Shown one piece after another: positions 8,173 to 18,500 of a stretch of DNA of 52,324 nucleotides (its first letter is position 1; every line of letters begins with the position of its first letter). Source of the DNA: an uncultured Methanosarcinales archaeon (lineage in GTDB: Archaea; Nanobdellota; Nanobdellia; Woesearchaeales; GW2011-AR9). The notes beneath the pieces are model-generated. The model was given only the letters and a program-made list of their open reading frames with translations, ran no database searches and was not told where the DNA came from. Position numbers and translations under genes: made by a program. Where the stretch lies: NCBI GenBank assembly GCA_964344755.1, contig CAYFOH010000004.1, forward strand, positions 1 through 52,324, given 5' to 3'.

Positions 8173-10170
8173 ATGGTGAAGAGAAGGAAAGTTCGTTACT
8201 CTCCTAAAAAGAGCGTAGATAAACACAAGCTTTGGCTGGTGTTGGGCATTAGTTTTGCTGTTCTGGCTTTAGCTTTCTTGTTCTTATATCCTGCTGTTAA
8301 AGAAGGAGTTGCTGGGCAGGCTTTTAAACAAAGTAATGATGTGGACATTGTCGCTTTGGGGGATCGTCCAGGGATAACTCAATGTGGGGTAATAACTAGG
8401 GATCCCAACAATGTTGGGAAAACTTTCTATTTAGCAAATGATTTAGTTGCTGAAGATAGGTCTGGTGATTGTCGTGGGTGTAATCGACCTTTCAACAATA
8501 ATATCTTGGCTAGGGTGAATCTAAACACTTGTTTAACTGTGTATCAAGATGGCGTTACTATTGATTGTCAAGGACACCACATACGTGGTCTTGGTAGTGG
8601 TTCAGGGGTAGCTATAGTTCCTGATCCTGAAGGTGATAAAGTTGTGCCAAAAAAAACTGAGTTGAAAAATTGCGTAATAAACAATTTTGAGAATGCAGTT
8701 TTTGTCAGTGATGCTTCTAATGTCAAACTTTCGGGAAATCGTTTTGATAACAATGAAAGAGGTTTAAAGACGGAAAATAGCGCGGAAGTTGTGCTCGTAG
8801 GTAATTCTTTTTGTGGCAGTGGCAATAATCGTGAATTACAATGTTCTTCAAGTGGGTTGGTATCTGGCCGTGATAATTCTTTTGTTGAACCCAGAAGTGC
8901 ACTTAATTTTTGTTCTGGTGCTGATTTACAGAATTCTCTAGAATGTGATAGTGATAACGACGGAATAGTTGACTCTCATGACAATTGTGTGGATATTCCT
9001 AATCCTAACCAAGAGGATTTAGATAGGGACGGTAGGGGAGATGTTTGTGATAGTGATCTTGATGGTGACATTATTGACAACAATGAAGATAATTGTCCTT
9101 ATGTGCAAAATTCTGGGCAGGATGATGTAGATAATGACGGAATAGGTGATGTCTGTGATACTGAAGCTGATGGTGTAAGTTGCACTGATGAGCTTGATAA
9201 CGATTATGATGGTGAAATTGATTGTCAAGAAAATTCTTGTGCCGCTTGGTGCGTGGATAATGATGCAGAGAGGGATTTTGGAGAAGGCAATTTAAATATT
9301 GGTAGAAGTATACAGGTGGGGGAAGATGCCTGTGTTAATAGTGCTGATTGTCCTGGATTTGGGCTTTGTTTTACTGGAAGATGTTATGAAAATTTATTTT
9401 GTTCTGCTAATGAGGATTTACCTGACACTCAATGTACTGACAGTTGTGTTGATTTACAAACTGATGAAAATAATTGTGGTTCTTGTGGCAATGTTTGTAC
9501 AGATGGTGCACAATGTCAGGCTGGAGTCTGTGAATCTTTAAATGTTTGCGGGGATGGTTCTCAAGGTGAAGATGAACAATGTGATGATGGTAATACTGTT
9601 GATGGTGATGGTTGTAATAGTATTTGTAGGATTGAATTAAACTTGCAGCAAAGAAATCTTCAACCAAGAGATGATGAATTAGCTGAAGATGTTGAGTTAC
9701 CTGAAGAAGATCAAGACTATTGCATTGACCGGGATAATACTTATTCTCCGAATAGGGGAGCTTCGCCTACTTTAAGGCCGGGATCTTTGTTCACTACAAC
9801 TACTGTTGTTGGTATTGATCCTGAAACAAGAAGGAGGGTATCTAGGGCAGATAGGTGTCTTAGTGAAAGTCAGATCCAAGAAGCTTTTTGTGAAACTGCT
9901 GATCTTGTAGGTACTGTTAACTTAAGATGTCCACAAGGTTATGTGTGTAGTGCTGGAGCTTGTACGGAAGTTCCTACTTTGATCGATGAGGGACTGCTAG
10001 GTGGTGAAGTACGCAGGGTTTTAGCGCAAAGAGGGTTAGCTGCAAACAGAGAATTAATTGATGAAATAAATGACGAGATAAGGGCAAGCGAAGGAGATTT
10101 GGTTTATCGGAGGAGAGGTTGGGTTTCAGGCTTATTGTCCAAAATTGCTAACCTAATTAATGAGAGATGA
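8173..10170 (+). CDS. Membrane-anchored surface protein: beta-helix (NosD/PbH1-like), TSP3 Ca-binding repeats, Cys-rich and DUF4215 repeats
   Basis: Start reassigned to MVKRRK; N-terminal TM; TIDCQGHHIRG beta-helix; DxDxDG..D..DNCP repeats; CGDG...EQCDDGN..DGDGC. Confidence 0.85.
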   Translation: MVKRRKVRYSPKKSVDKHKLWLVLGISFAVLALAFLFLYPAVKEGVAGQAFKQSNDVDIVALGDRPGITQCGVITRDPNNVGKTFYLANDLVAEDRSGDCRGCNRPFNNNILARVNLNTCLTVYQDGVTIDCQGHHIRGLGSGSGVAIVPDPEGDKVVPKKTELKNCVINNFENAVFVSDASNVKLSGNRFDNNERGLKTENSAEVVLVGNSFCGSGNNRELQCSSSGLVSGRDNSFVEPRSALNFCSGADLQNSLECDSDNDGIVDSHDNCVDIPNPNQEDLDRDGRGDVCDSDLDGDIIDNNEDNCPYVQNSGQDDVDNDGIGDVCDTEADGVSCTDELDNDYDGEIDCQENSCAAWCVDNDAERDFGEGNLNIGRSIQVGEDACVNSADCPGFGLCFTGRCYENLFCSANEDLPDTQCTDSCVDLQTDENNCGSCGNVCTDGAQCQAGVCESLNVCGDGSQGEDEQCDDGNTVDGDGCNSICRIELNLQQRNLQPRDDELAEDVELPEEDQDYCIDRDNTYSPNRGASPTLRPGSLFTTTTVVGIDPETRRRVSRADRCLSESQIQEAFCETADLVGTVNLRCPQGYVCSAGACTEVPTLIDEGLLGGEVRRVLAQRGLAANRELIDEINDEIRASEGDLVYRRRGWVSGLLSKIANLINER

Positions 10171-11339
10171 GAAAGAGAAGTAAGAAAAGAACTGTGAACG
10201 GAAGTAAAAAACCATTGGTAATTGCAGGCGTTGCGTTGTTAGCAATTATAGGTTTGGCTTTATTATTACTTTTCTCTGGGCAGTTTGTTGGTAAAGCAAT
10301 ATTTACTGATATTGGGGCTCTTAATGTAGGTGAAGCAGGTTTAATTCTAGAAATTGGTGGTGAGGTGGTAGAACAAGTGCCCCTTAACACTCCCTTTGAT
10401 GTTGTTGTAGTTTCTAAAGTGGGAAACGATGGTGCCGTTGAAGGTAGTTTTGATTTAACTTATGGGTCTGGATTAAAATTATTGGATGGAAATTGTAAGG
10501 TAGAAGCTATTGAGTGGACAGTTTTCCAAGAGGCTTTATGTGGTGGTTATGATGTTGTTTTAGACTCTGGATCTATTGATGGTATTGTTAGAAATAGGGT
10601 GGTTCGCATTGGTAAAATCTCTTTTGCTGGGATTGAATCATTAGGTGATCTATCCTTGACTTTAAATGAAGTAAATTTGCCGAGTATACTGACTCTTGAA
10701 AATATGATTGAAACCCTATATGGTGGTGAGGTTGCTTTAAGTGAACCGCTTAATTTAGATTCTGATGAAGATGGTCTTACTGATGATGAAGAAATTAGGA
10801 GGGGGACTAATCCAAATAACCCTGATACTGATGGTGATGGATTTGATGATGGTGAGGAAATCCTAGATAATTTGACAGATCCTTTGAATGCAGATACCGA
10901 CGGGGATGGAATTGAAGATGGTGCTGACAATTGTCCGAGAGATGCTAATCCTGGACAAGAGAATAATGATCGTCGCGGTGGTGGTGACGCTTGTGATGAT
11001 GATGACGATAACGATGGCGTCTTAGATATAGATGATAACTGTCCTTTAGATAATAATGCTGATCAAGCTGATGATGATAATGATGGAATGGGAAATGTTT
11101 GTGATGAAGAACAGCAGGATTATATTTTGGGTGATGTAAATGGTGATGGTGAAATAAGAAATAATGACGCGATTTTAATACTTCGGCACATTGCTGGAAT
11201 TTCAACTTTAAATAATGAGCAGTTAATTAGGGCTGATGTCAACTACTGTCTGCTGAACCAGGATAGTGTGAGAAACAATGATGCAATTTTGATATTAAGG
11301 TATGTGGCTCAGATAATTAATCAATTTCCTTGTGAATAA
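10167..11339 (+). CDS. Surface protein: cohesin-like domain, TSP3 repeats, C-terminal dockerin
   Basis: N-terminal TM; duplicated dockerin motif GDVNGDGEIRNNDAILILRHI...ADVN...VRNNDAILILRYV at about 11121-11336. Confidence 0.85.
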   Translation: MRKRSKKRTVNGSKKPLVIAGVALLAIIGLALLLLFSGQFVGKAIFTDIGALNVGEAGLILEIGGEVVEQVPLNTPFDVVVVSKVGNDGAVEGSFDLTYGSGLKLLDGNCKVEAIEWTVFQEALCGGYDVVLDSGSIDGIVRNRVVRIGKISFAGIESLGDLSLTLNEVNLPSILTLENMIETLYGGEVALSEPLNLDSDEDGLTDDEEIRRGTNPNNPDTDGDGFDDGEEILDNLTDPLNADTDGDGIEDGADNCPRDANPGQENNDRRGGGDACDDDDDNDGVLDIDDNCPLDNNADQADDDNDGMGNVCDEEQQDYILGDVNGDGEIRNNDAILILRHIAGISTLNNEQLIRADVNYCLLNQDSVRNNDAILILRYVAQIINQFPCE

Positions 11340-11358
11340 AATAAAACGGTGATAAGAA

Positions 11359-12270
11359 ATGAAAACAAAACTTTTGATTATAACTCTATTGATTTTAACT
11401 ATATCTGTTTTCTCTGTTAGTGCAACATTAAGTCTTTCCTGTGATCCTGCAGAGTTGGACCTAGGTGATGGGAGTAGGTGTACTGTGACTGTTACAGGTG
11501 CTTCGGTTCAATCCATTAGCGAATTGTCTTTTAATATTGTTCTTTCCAATAACCTTGCTTTAGCCCCTCTTGCATCTAACTTGCAGGATGTGCCTGATGG
11601 TTATACTGCAACTCCAAGTGATGAAAATAGTTATGTTTCTTTGGTAACTCCTCAACAACTTAATCCTACTAGGTTGCTTTCTTTTTTGGTAATTGGTGAG
11701 TCAGAGGGAGAAGGGGCTGTAACTTTGGATAACATTGTTTTTAATGATTACAATTTTGATCCGATCCCGGTAACTTCTGTTGTTTCTGACAGTATAATTG
11801 TTTTGGGCAGTGGTTCAGATGCAAGTTGCCTAAATATTCCCCAAAATGCAATCACTTGTGGGGGGGCAGCACCAGAATCTGACACACAAAGTACTTTGGT
11901 GGGATCGGCTGCGGCTTGTAGTCTTAGTACTCCGTGTCAATATTATTGTGGTTCAAATTATCAATTGAGGGGTGGTGTTTGTGTTCTTGCAAATCAAAAT
12001 ACCTGTGGTGATGGTGTTCAAGCAGGAACTGAACAGTGTGATGATGGTAACAATGTTAATGGTGATGGTTGTAGTAGTACTTGTCAAATTGAAAACAACA
12101 ACAATCCCCAAGACGATAATATCATTATTAATGGTGCTGTGACAGACAACCAGAAAGAAAGACATCGTGAACTATTACAAAATATTTATGATGTTGTTTC
12201 TGGTGGTTCTCCAGTAATCTCTAAATTAAGTCAAATCGCAAGAATTTTAAAGGGATTTTACTTTCCTTAG
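11359..12270 (+). CDS. Secreted protein: cohesin-like domain plus DUF4215 Cys-rich repeat
   Basis: Signal peptide ending SVSA; beta-sandwich ending LLSFLVIGESEGEGAVTLDNIVFND; CGDGVQAGTEQCDDGN. Confidence 0.75.
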   Translation: MKTKLLIITLLILTISVFSVSATLSLSCDPAELDLGDGSRCTVTVTGASVQSISELSFNIVLSNNLALAPLASNLQDVPDGYTATPSDENSYVSLVTPQQLNPTRLLSFLVIGESEGEGAVTLDNIVFNDYNFDPIPVTSVVSDSIIVLGSGSDASCLNIPQNAITCGGAAPESDTQSTLVGSAAACSLSTPCQYYCGSNYQLRGGVCVLANQNTCGDGVQAGTEQCDDGNNVNGDGCSSTCQIENNNNPQDDNIIINGAVTDNQKERHRELLQNIYDVVSGGSPVISKLSQIARILKGFYFP

Positions 12271-12280
12271 GTAAATTAAA

Positions 12281-13852
12281 ATGGCTAGAAAAAAAACAAA
12301 CAAACATCCCGTGCCTTTAGCTCAGAGGGGAGAGGTTAACAAACCTTTTGTTGTAGGTTTAGTGTCTTTGATTGTGATTATTGCTATGGTATTGCTTTTG
12401 TTTTTTTCCGGCCAGTTTGTAGGGAAGGCAATTGAGTTGGGTGAATTAACTGAAGCTGACACGGGAAGCGTAGGCTTTTTTTTAGCAGATAATACTGTTG
12501 AAATAGGCTCTTCTTTTACTATCCCTTTGAAAGCCAAGTTGCCTGCAGGTAAAAAATCAGTTGCTTTTGATGTGAGGTTTGGGTTTCCAGCCAACATTGA
12601 GATCTCTTGTGATGAAGTGCTGGTTGCTTTGGAAGACTTTACAACAGTTGATGGTGAAGATTTAACAACTTCAAGTAATTTAAATTGTGATAATAATTTG
12701 CACTCTGTTCAATATTCTCACTCCTGGTTATGTGCGGATGCAGAATGTTCTAATGGCTTAGGAGGCGAAGTAAATTTAGGTGAGTTTGTATTCACTTTAA
12801 CTAATGCTGAATCTGCAACGATTCGGGGGATTTCTGGGTTTATTGATCTTGATGACGTAGAAAATAATCTAGTTCCAATTTTTAGGGAAACAGCTATTTT
12901 GCCTGAAGGTGAGGATGTGAGTGATCTTGATGAAGATGGTGTTTCTGATGATATAGACAATTGTCCTAATGTGGTTAATCCAAATCAAGAAGATGTAGAT
13001 GTAGATGGCATTGGAGATGCTTGTGACACATCAGATGATCGTGTCCTTGATACAGATAGTGATGGTATTTCCGATTCTAATGATAATTGTCCGAATGTAG
13101 CCAACGCAGATCAACTTGATACTGATAATGATGGCCAAGGGAATGCTTGCGACAATGATGATGACAATGACACTGTTCTAGACTCTGAAGACAATTGTCC
13201 TCTTGTCGATAACCCTGCTCAGGCTGACAGAGATCAGGACGGTGCTGGGGATGCTTGTGATCCAACTAATGAAGTGGATAGTGATGGGGATGGAATTGAT
13301 GATAATATAGACAATTGTCCTACAAGTCCAAATCCCGGTCAAGAAAACAACGATGGCGACCAAGAAGGTGACACTTGTGACGCTGATGACGATAACGATG
13401 GCGTTTTTGACAATGAGGATAACTGTCCGTTGAATGCTAATACAGATCAAACAGATATTTGTAATTCGGATTTAGGTGTTGAATGTCAAGGGGCTGCAGA
13501 TTGTCCAGCGGGTCAAGCTTGTTCTAACAATGTTTGTGTTGCAGAATCGCTAGAGGCTGGTATAACTTTAAGTGATGTTGCTCCACAAAATAATGTTTTC
13601 ACTACAAGAATAACATCTAATGAAAACTTTGCTGGAATAGAAATTACTGTTTATACTGTTTTATATGGTACGAATAATAAGGTCTTGTCCATTAAATCTG
13701 AAAAAATTGAGAATGGTTTAGCTGTGGGACAAACTTATGTTTCAACTGTAAACTATCCTGCAGAAAATGTTGTTAGAAAGTCAGTGATTGTTTTAGATAG
13801 AGATGAAAATCCAAGAGTTAGCGGCCATTTGGATATAACTTATGGTGAATGA
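12281..13852 (+). CDS. Membrane-anchored surface protein: cohesin-like domain plus multiple TSP3 repeats
   Basis: TM then SGQFVGKAI; TVEIGSSFTIPL...AFDVRFGF...LGEFVF; five DNCP-containing acidic repeats. Confidence 0.85.
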   Translation: MARKKTNKHPVPLAQRGEVNKPFVVGLVSLIVIIAMVLLLFFSGQFVGKAIELGELTEADTGSVGFFLADNTVEIGSSFTIPLKAKLPAGKKSVAFDVRFGFPANIEISCDEVLVALEDFTTVDGEDLTTSSNLNCDNNLHSVQYSHSWLCADAECSNGLGGEVNLGEFVFTLTNAESATIRGISGFIDLDDVENNLVPIFRETAILPEGEDVSDLDEDGVSDDIDNCPNVVNPNQEDVDVDGIGDACDTSDDRVLDTDSDGISDSNDNCPNVANADQLDTDNDGQGNACDNDDDNDTVLDSEDNCPLVDNPAQADRDQDGAGDACDPTNEVDSDGDGIDDNIDNCPTSPNPGQENNDGDQEGDTCDADDDNDGVFDNEDNCPLNANTDQTDICNSDLGVECQGAADCPAGQACSNNVCVAESLEAGITLSDVAPQNNVFTTRITSNENFAGIEITVYTVLYGTNNKVLSIKSEKIENGLAVGQTYVSTVNYPAENVVRKSVIVLDRDENPRVSGHLDITYGE

Positions 13853-13855
13853 TAA

Positions 13856-14824
13856 ATGTCTAAAAAATTTTTTTATCTTTTGTTTTTGTTGACCTGTCTT
13901 TCTTTAGCTCTTGCTGTAGATATACAAACTGATAAGTCTGATTATTCACGTCCAGAGCTTGTTCAAGTTGAAGTTTCTGAGTGTACTGGATTCACTTTGG
14001 TCAAGGTGTTTGATAGTAACGATGATTTAGTTGATATTGTAAGTGGGGAAAATGGTTTAATGTTTTCTTACAACACAGAGTCAGACATTTCTGACGGAAA
14101 GTATCGTCTAAGGGCGACATGCGATAATGGAAATCAAGTAGCTAACTTTTGTGTTGAAGCTGATGGTTGTCTAGGTGGAACACAACCACAAGATGATAGT
14201 CCTCCTGCTCCTAGTGGGGGCAGTGGTGGAAGTGGCGGCTGTTCTCCCGATTGGGAATGTAGTGCTTGGTCTTATTGTAATGCAGATTTAGAACAAACTA
14301 GGACCTGTACAGATAACAGAAATTGTCGAGATGATAGAATAGAAACTCAAGCTTGTGATAAGTGTGAAGAGAGTTGGACTTGTGGTGGTTGGTCCTCCTG
14401 TAAAAATGGTCAAGAGACGAGGATCTGTAATGATGCCCATAGTTGTGGAACTACTTTGTTACTACCAGAAGAGCAAAGGTCTTGTACTTCTGCCTCTTCG
14501 GGAGGTACAACAAGAACTGCAGACAGAAGAGCGCCTGCGGCTCCATTCGGGGGCCAACCAGAAGAAAGTTTCCTTGAGAAGTATGGTCTTTATGTTTACC
14601 TTGGTATAGGAATTTTAATTTTGCTAGCTTTAATCCTCTTTTTGTTATACTATTTTAGAAGTAAGAAACATGTTGTCTATAATCTTCACGAACTAAGAGA
14701 TTGGGTAAAAAAAGAGGCAGCAACTGGCACGTCAAGAGAAGATATTGAACAAATTTTAATGGATCACACGGGTTGGAAAAAAGAAGAAATTGATTTAGTT
14801 TTTAATCAATTATCTAACCCGTAA
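13856..14824 (+). CDS. Surface protein with two TSP1-like repeats, C-terminal TM and cytoplasmic helical domain
   Basis: Signal peptide LALA|VD; WECSAWSYC...QTRTC and WTCGGWSSC...ETRIC; TM followed by a GW-type tail. Confidence 0.8.
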   Translation: MSKKFFYLLFLLTCLSLALAVDIQTDKSDYSRPELVQVEVSECTGFTLVKVFDSNDDLVDIVSGENGLMFSYNTESDISDGKYRLRATCDNGNQVANFCVEADGCLGGTQPQDDSPPAPSGGSGGSGGCSPDWECSAWSYCNADLEQTRTCTDNRNCRDDRIETQACDKCEESWTCGGWSSCKNGQETRICNDAHSCGTTLLLPEEQRSCTSASSGGTTRTADRRAPAAPFGGQPEESFLEKYGLYVYLGIGILILLALILFLLYYFRSKKHVVYNLHELRDWVKKEAATGTSREDIEQILMDHTGWKKEEIDLVFNQLSNP

Positions 14825-15473
14825 AGGTCATTGACCAATATTTTTCATAAACAAGATGTAGAACTGTTTCTTCTATCGGTAAGTCTTCATAATTTTCTAA
14901 CATGAAAGCTTCAAAGGGTTGGTTTTGTACAAATCTGATTGCGTTTTCTAAATTACTTTTAGGAGCTCTTAGGGCACCGTCTGAAACTTCTACAATGTAA
15001 CATTCTTCTCCCTCTGGGATCAAAACAATCCCCTCTGTATCTGAAAGTAAAGGTTTTTCTCCGTTCAGCATAAAACCTTTAATTGGTAGGAGGTTAAGTT
15101 TTCTGGAAAGTCTGTTTTTTTCTGTTTCATAGGAGTGCCTTAGTAAGGAGATCCTTTGTTGTGTGTGGGCTAAGACTGGTTGAATTTCTGGGTAGTCTTT
15201 AGGATTGACAATATGTTCCATCTTGTCGTTTGATATTTTTAGTATTTTGCCTTTGTACAATTCCGTTTGCATATAATTGTAATTCATTTCCAAGTTGGCA
15301 AGTTCTTCTATGCCTGGCCACAGTTTCTTGTCAATTAAATCGTTCCTATAGTTAGAAAGAGCATGATTTGTTTGATCTATCATCCGATAAAGGAGATCTT
15401 TTCCTTCACCCATTTTTATTAGGTATGTAATTGAACTATTTAATACTTTGGCCGATTGAAGAAGTCGTAACAT
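14814..15473 (-). CDS. Hypothetical protein
   Basis: The only long ORF in the gap; probable start is MGEGK at 15413. Confidence 0.6.
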   Translation of the reverse strand: MLRLLQSAKVLNSSITYLIKMGEGKDLLYRMIDQTNHALSNYRNDLIDKKLWPGIEELANLEMNYNYMQTELYKGKILKISNDKMEHIVNPKDYPEIQPVLAHTQQRISLLRHSYETEKNRLSRKLNLLPIKGFMLNGEKPLLSDTEGIVLIPEGEECYIVEVSDGALRAPKSNLENAIRFVQNQPFEAFMLENYEDLPIEETVLHLVYEKYWSMTFTG

Positions 15474-15505
15474 TTAAATAGAAGAAAAAGTTAATTTGTG
15501 TGTAG

Positions 15506-18500
15506 ATGTTAAAAGGTAAAAGAGGTTCTGCAGTTGGTGAAGCTAATAAAACTTTTATTACTGTAGGTGTTTCTGTTTTAGTTTTGGTTGTTTTGGTGGC
15601 CGTGATGTTTTACATTGCTCCTAAAGAGAGTGTTGTTGGAGAGGCCTTTTTGCAAGATGGTGTTTGTGAGGATAGATCAGAACTTCTTATAACTTTTGAG
15701 ATAGAAGGTAGGGGTGAAGTTACTTTAGAATGTGACGATGAGATGGAAGGTTTAGTTAATAATCAAAGAGCTAAAACCTATTGTGTTGATTCTAATTATG
15801 AAAGCTCTAACAAATTCTACTGTTCGACCCAACAAGAATGGATCGTATGTAATGAAGAAACAGCTGGACAAGGGGTAGAAAATCTAAATAATGTGGAACT
15901 TTACAACAATAATTATGTTTGTAATGGACAGGGATGGGTCGAAATAAATAATTGTGGTGCTTGTGCTGGTGCGCTTCCAGGACAATGCGTTGGAAGTAGT
16001 ATTTTTGATATAGGTTCAAGAAATTTACTTCAAACCCATGGTTCTGCTCCTGGTTCTTTGGTCGGGTGTGTCCAAGAGAATTCAGGGGAATGTATAATTG
16101 GTGAAGAATCAACAAGGATTGCTTATGATAGTTTTGTTGATTTTCAAGGAAGAGGATTAGTTTGTGGTGAAGAAAATTCTTGGCTATACTGTGGAAACAA
16201 TATAGCTGTTAGTGATGGAGAGAAATGGATTTGTAACGGTGAACAAACCTTTGTTGAATGTACCCAAGACAATTTAAATGAACGGATAGGGCACTACGCT
16301 TGTCAACTAAATGCTAACCAATACCAATGGGTCAGCGAATTCGAAGCTTGTTCTGATGATTTAAGGTTCCAGTTAAGGCAAGGAATACAAGAACAAGAGA
16401 TCTGTTACAACCAACAGTGGTTAACTTGTGATGTTTACAACGAACAACCTTACGAGGGTCTGGATTTAGAAATAGTTTGTGATGAAAATGGTTTCCAGGT
16501 TTCTGAATTAATGTGTAATAATAATGTTGATGACGACCACGATAACCAGGTAGATTGTAGTGATAATGATTGTGGTAACAACATTGAAAGAACTTTATCT
16601 TCAACTCAACTATTTGAAATTACCGTTAGGGAAACCGATTGTGCTAGTGTTAATATTGTTAGGCTAGTAGAAAGTAGAGACTTTGTAGTACCAGAAACAG
16701 TTTATCAAGAGTTTAACGTCTGTGATCAAGGTACAGAAAATTTGAGAGATCAAGTGGCAGTTTGTCAAGGCAACAACCCTGAAGAACCAGCAGTAAGTTC
16801 ATTACAATTTATGCGTAACGAGAACGCTAGGCCAAGAATTAACCAAGAAACAACTATTATTTATGAACCAAGCGAACCGAAAGAGGTAGGTGTAGTTTTA
16901 GTACATGATTTAGAAAACCGATTCACTTCACCAATTGGGACATTTACAAGGAACCTTTTAGCTAGTCAAAGAATTATGTTGAAAATAGGTAGTGAACATT
17001 ATCTATTATCGCATGAAGGTGAAGGTTTGTTTGCAACTGAAAACCTTCAATTAACTCATGTGCCTTTAGGAAGGATGTACCAAGCAGAAATTTATCCAGG
17101 TACAAACCAGTACGTTTTCAATGTTTTAGGTAACAGACTAATTTCAGTAGGACTTAACGATGATAGAAGTTTATTTGAGATCTCGGCTTTATCCCCTGGC
17201 GAGAGGCCAAGAGCTTATGTGGTGCCTACAGATTTAACACAAAATTTGGAATTAATCTTCAAAAAAGGCGAACCCGTAGATATAACCTCTCCAGAATTGG
17301 GTACCTTCACTATCTGTAGAACTGATAATGAAAGGGATACACAACAAACACTAATATGTTTAGACGATGAAAACTTTGCTTCTTTAGCTTTGGGTGAATT
17401 AACAGTTCAATCTGTTGGAGACAATAATCTTGCTCTATTGTACCAATATGTAGATGGTGAAAAACAAGTTTCTGTTTTTACTTTAAACGAGTTAGAATCT
17501 TTAGACTTTGATGATGAAGTGGCTACAACTTATCAGTTAGAATACAACGATTTCATTAACGCTATGGTGGAAGGTCGAAGAGCAGCCTTTGAATTTGAAG
17601 AAAAATTATATCTAGCTGAACACAACGAGTCAGACACGTTCTCCTTGAACTTAATTACTTTAACATCTTATCAAGAAGAAGGGACTACTGACTTTGTTGC
17701 TTCTGGTAGTGAAGATTATGTGGAATTTTTAACTCTGGACGGGAAGATTTCTATTAGAAGAAATTATGGGTTACCACCTCCTCCTTTTGAAGTTGTTTCC
17801 TTAACTAAACAACAACTGGTAGGAATGCCAATCAATTTAGATGACCAATTATTTGCTTCATTTTCTTCTGAAGTGCCTATCCTAATAAGACAACCACTTG
17901 ATGTTGGTGTGATCTCTAAACACGAAGACGACATTTCTAGACTAGAATCTTCGTTTAGGGTTCAGGCGGGAATTTATGAACCTAACTTAATACTTCACCA
18001 ACCTTACATCATATTGGGAGAGGATTTACAGTCTGAAATACTGTATTATTATCATTCTGCAGAGATTGATGGGGTTACTCCAATTAAAACAGTTTCAGTT
18101 TACAGGAATTATGATTTAAGAGAAAGAAGGCCACACCGTGATTTTGATGATACTTTCATTAATGCTATTACAAGAGGTGCTGAATTAACTTTACAATACG
18201 ATGACGAAACCTTCTTTTTATTAGGTTACGAAGGGGCTAATGAAGATGATGTACAATTCTTTAACTTTAATCGGTTAACTTTAAGGGATTTGGTAAATGG
18301 AGAAACTTACTTTGGGACAGCTGATGGCAACGAAATATCTTTTGAAATTCCTGGAGATAGGTTAACAATTCGATTACAACAAACCGGTAATCATAACGAG
18401 ATCTATTTTGAATTGACAGGACAACAACAATTAGATGAAGAAAGAGACGATGCAAGAAGGATTGCTTTTGAAGGCTTTTATGCAGAGATAACTACTGAAA

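Noticed and set aside
12900..13450. Recurrent GACAATTGTCC-like DNA repeats
   Set aside because: They encode the DNCP motif of TSP3 repeats, so they are protein-level repeats.
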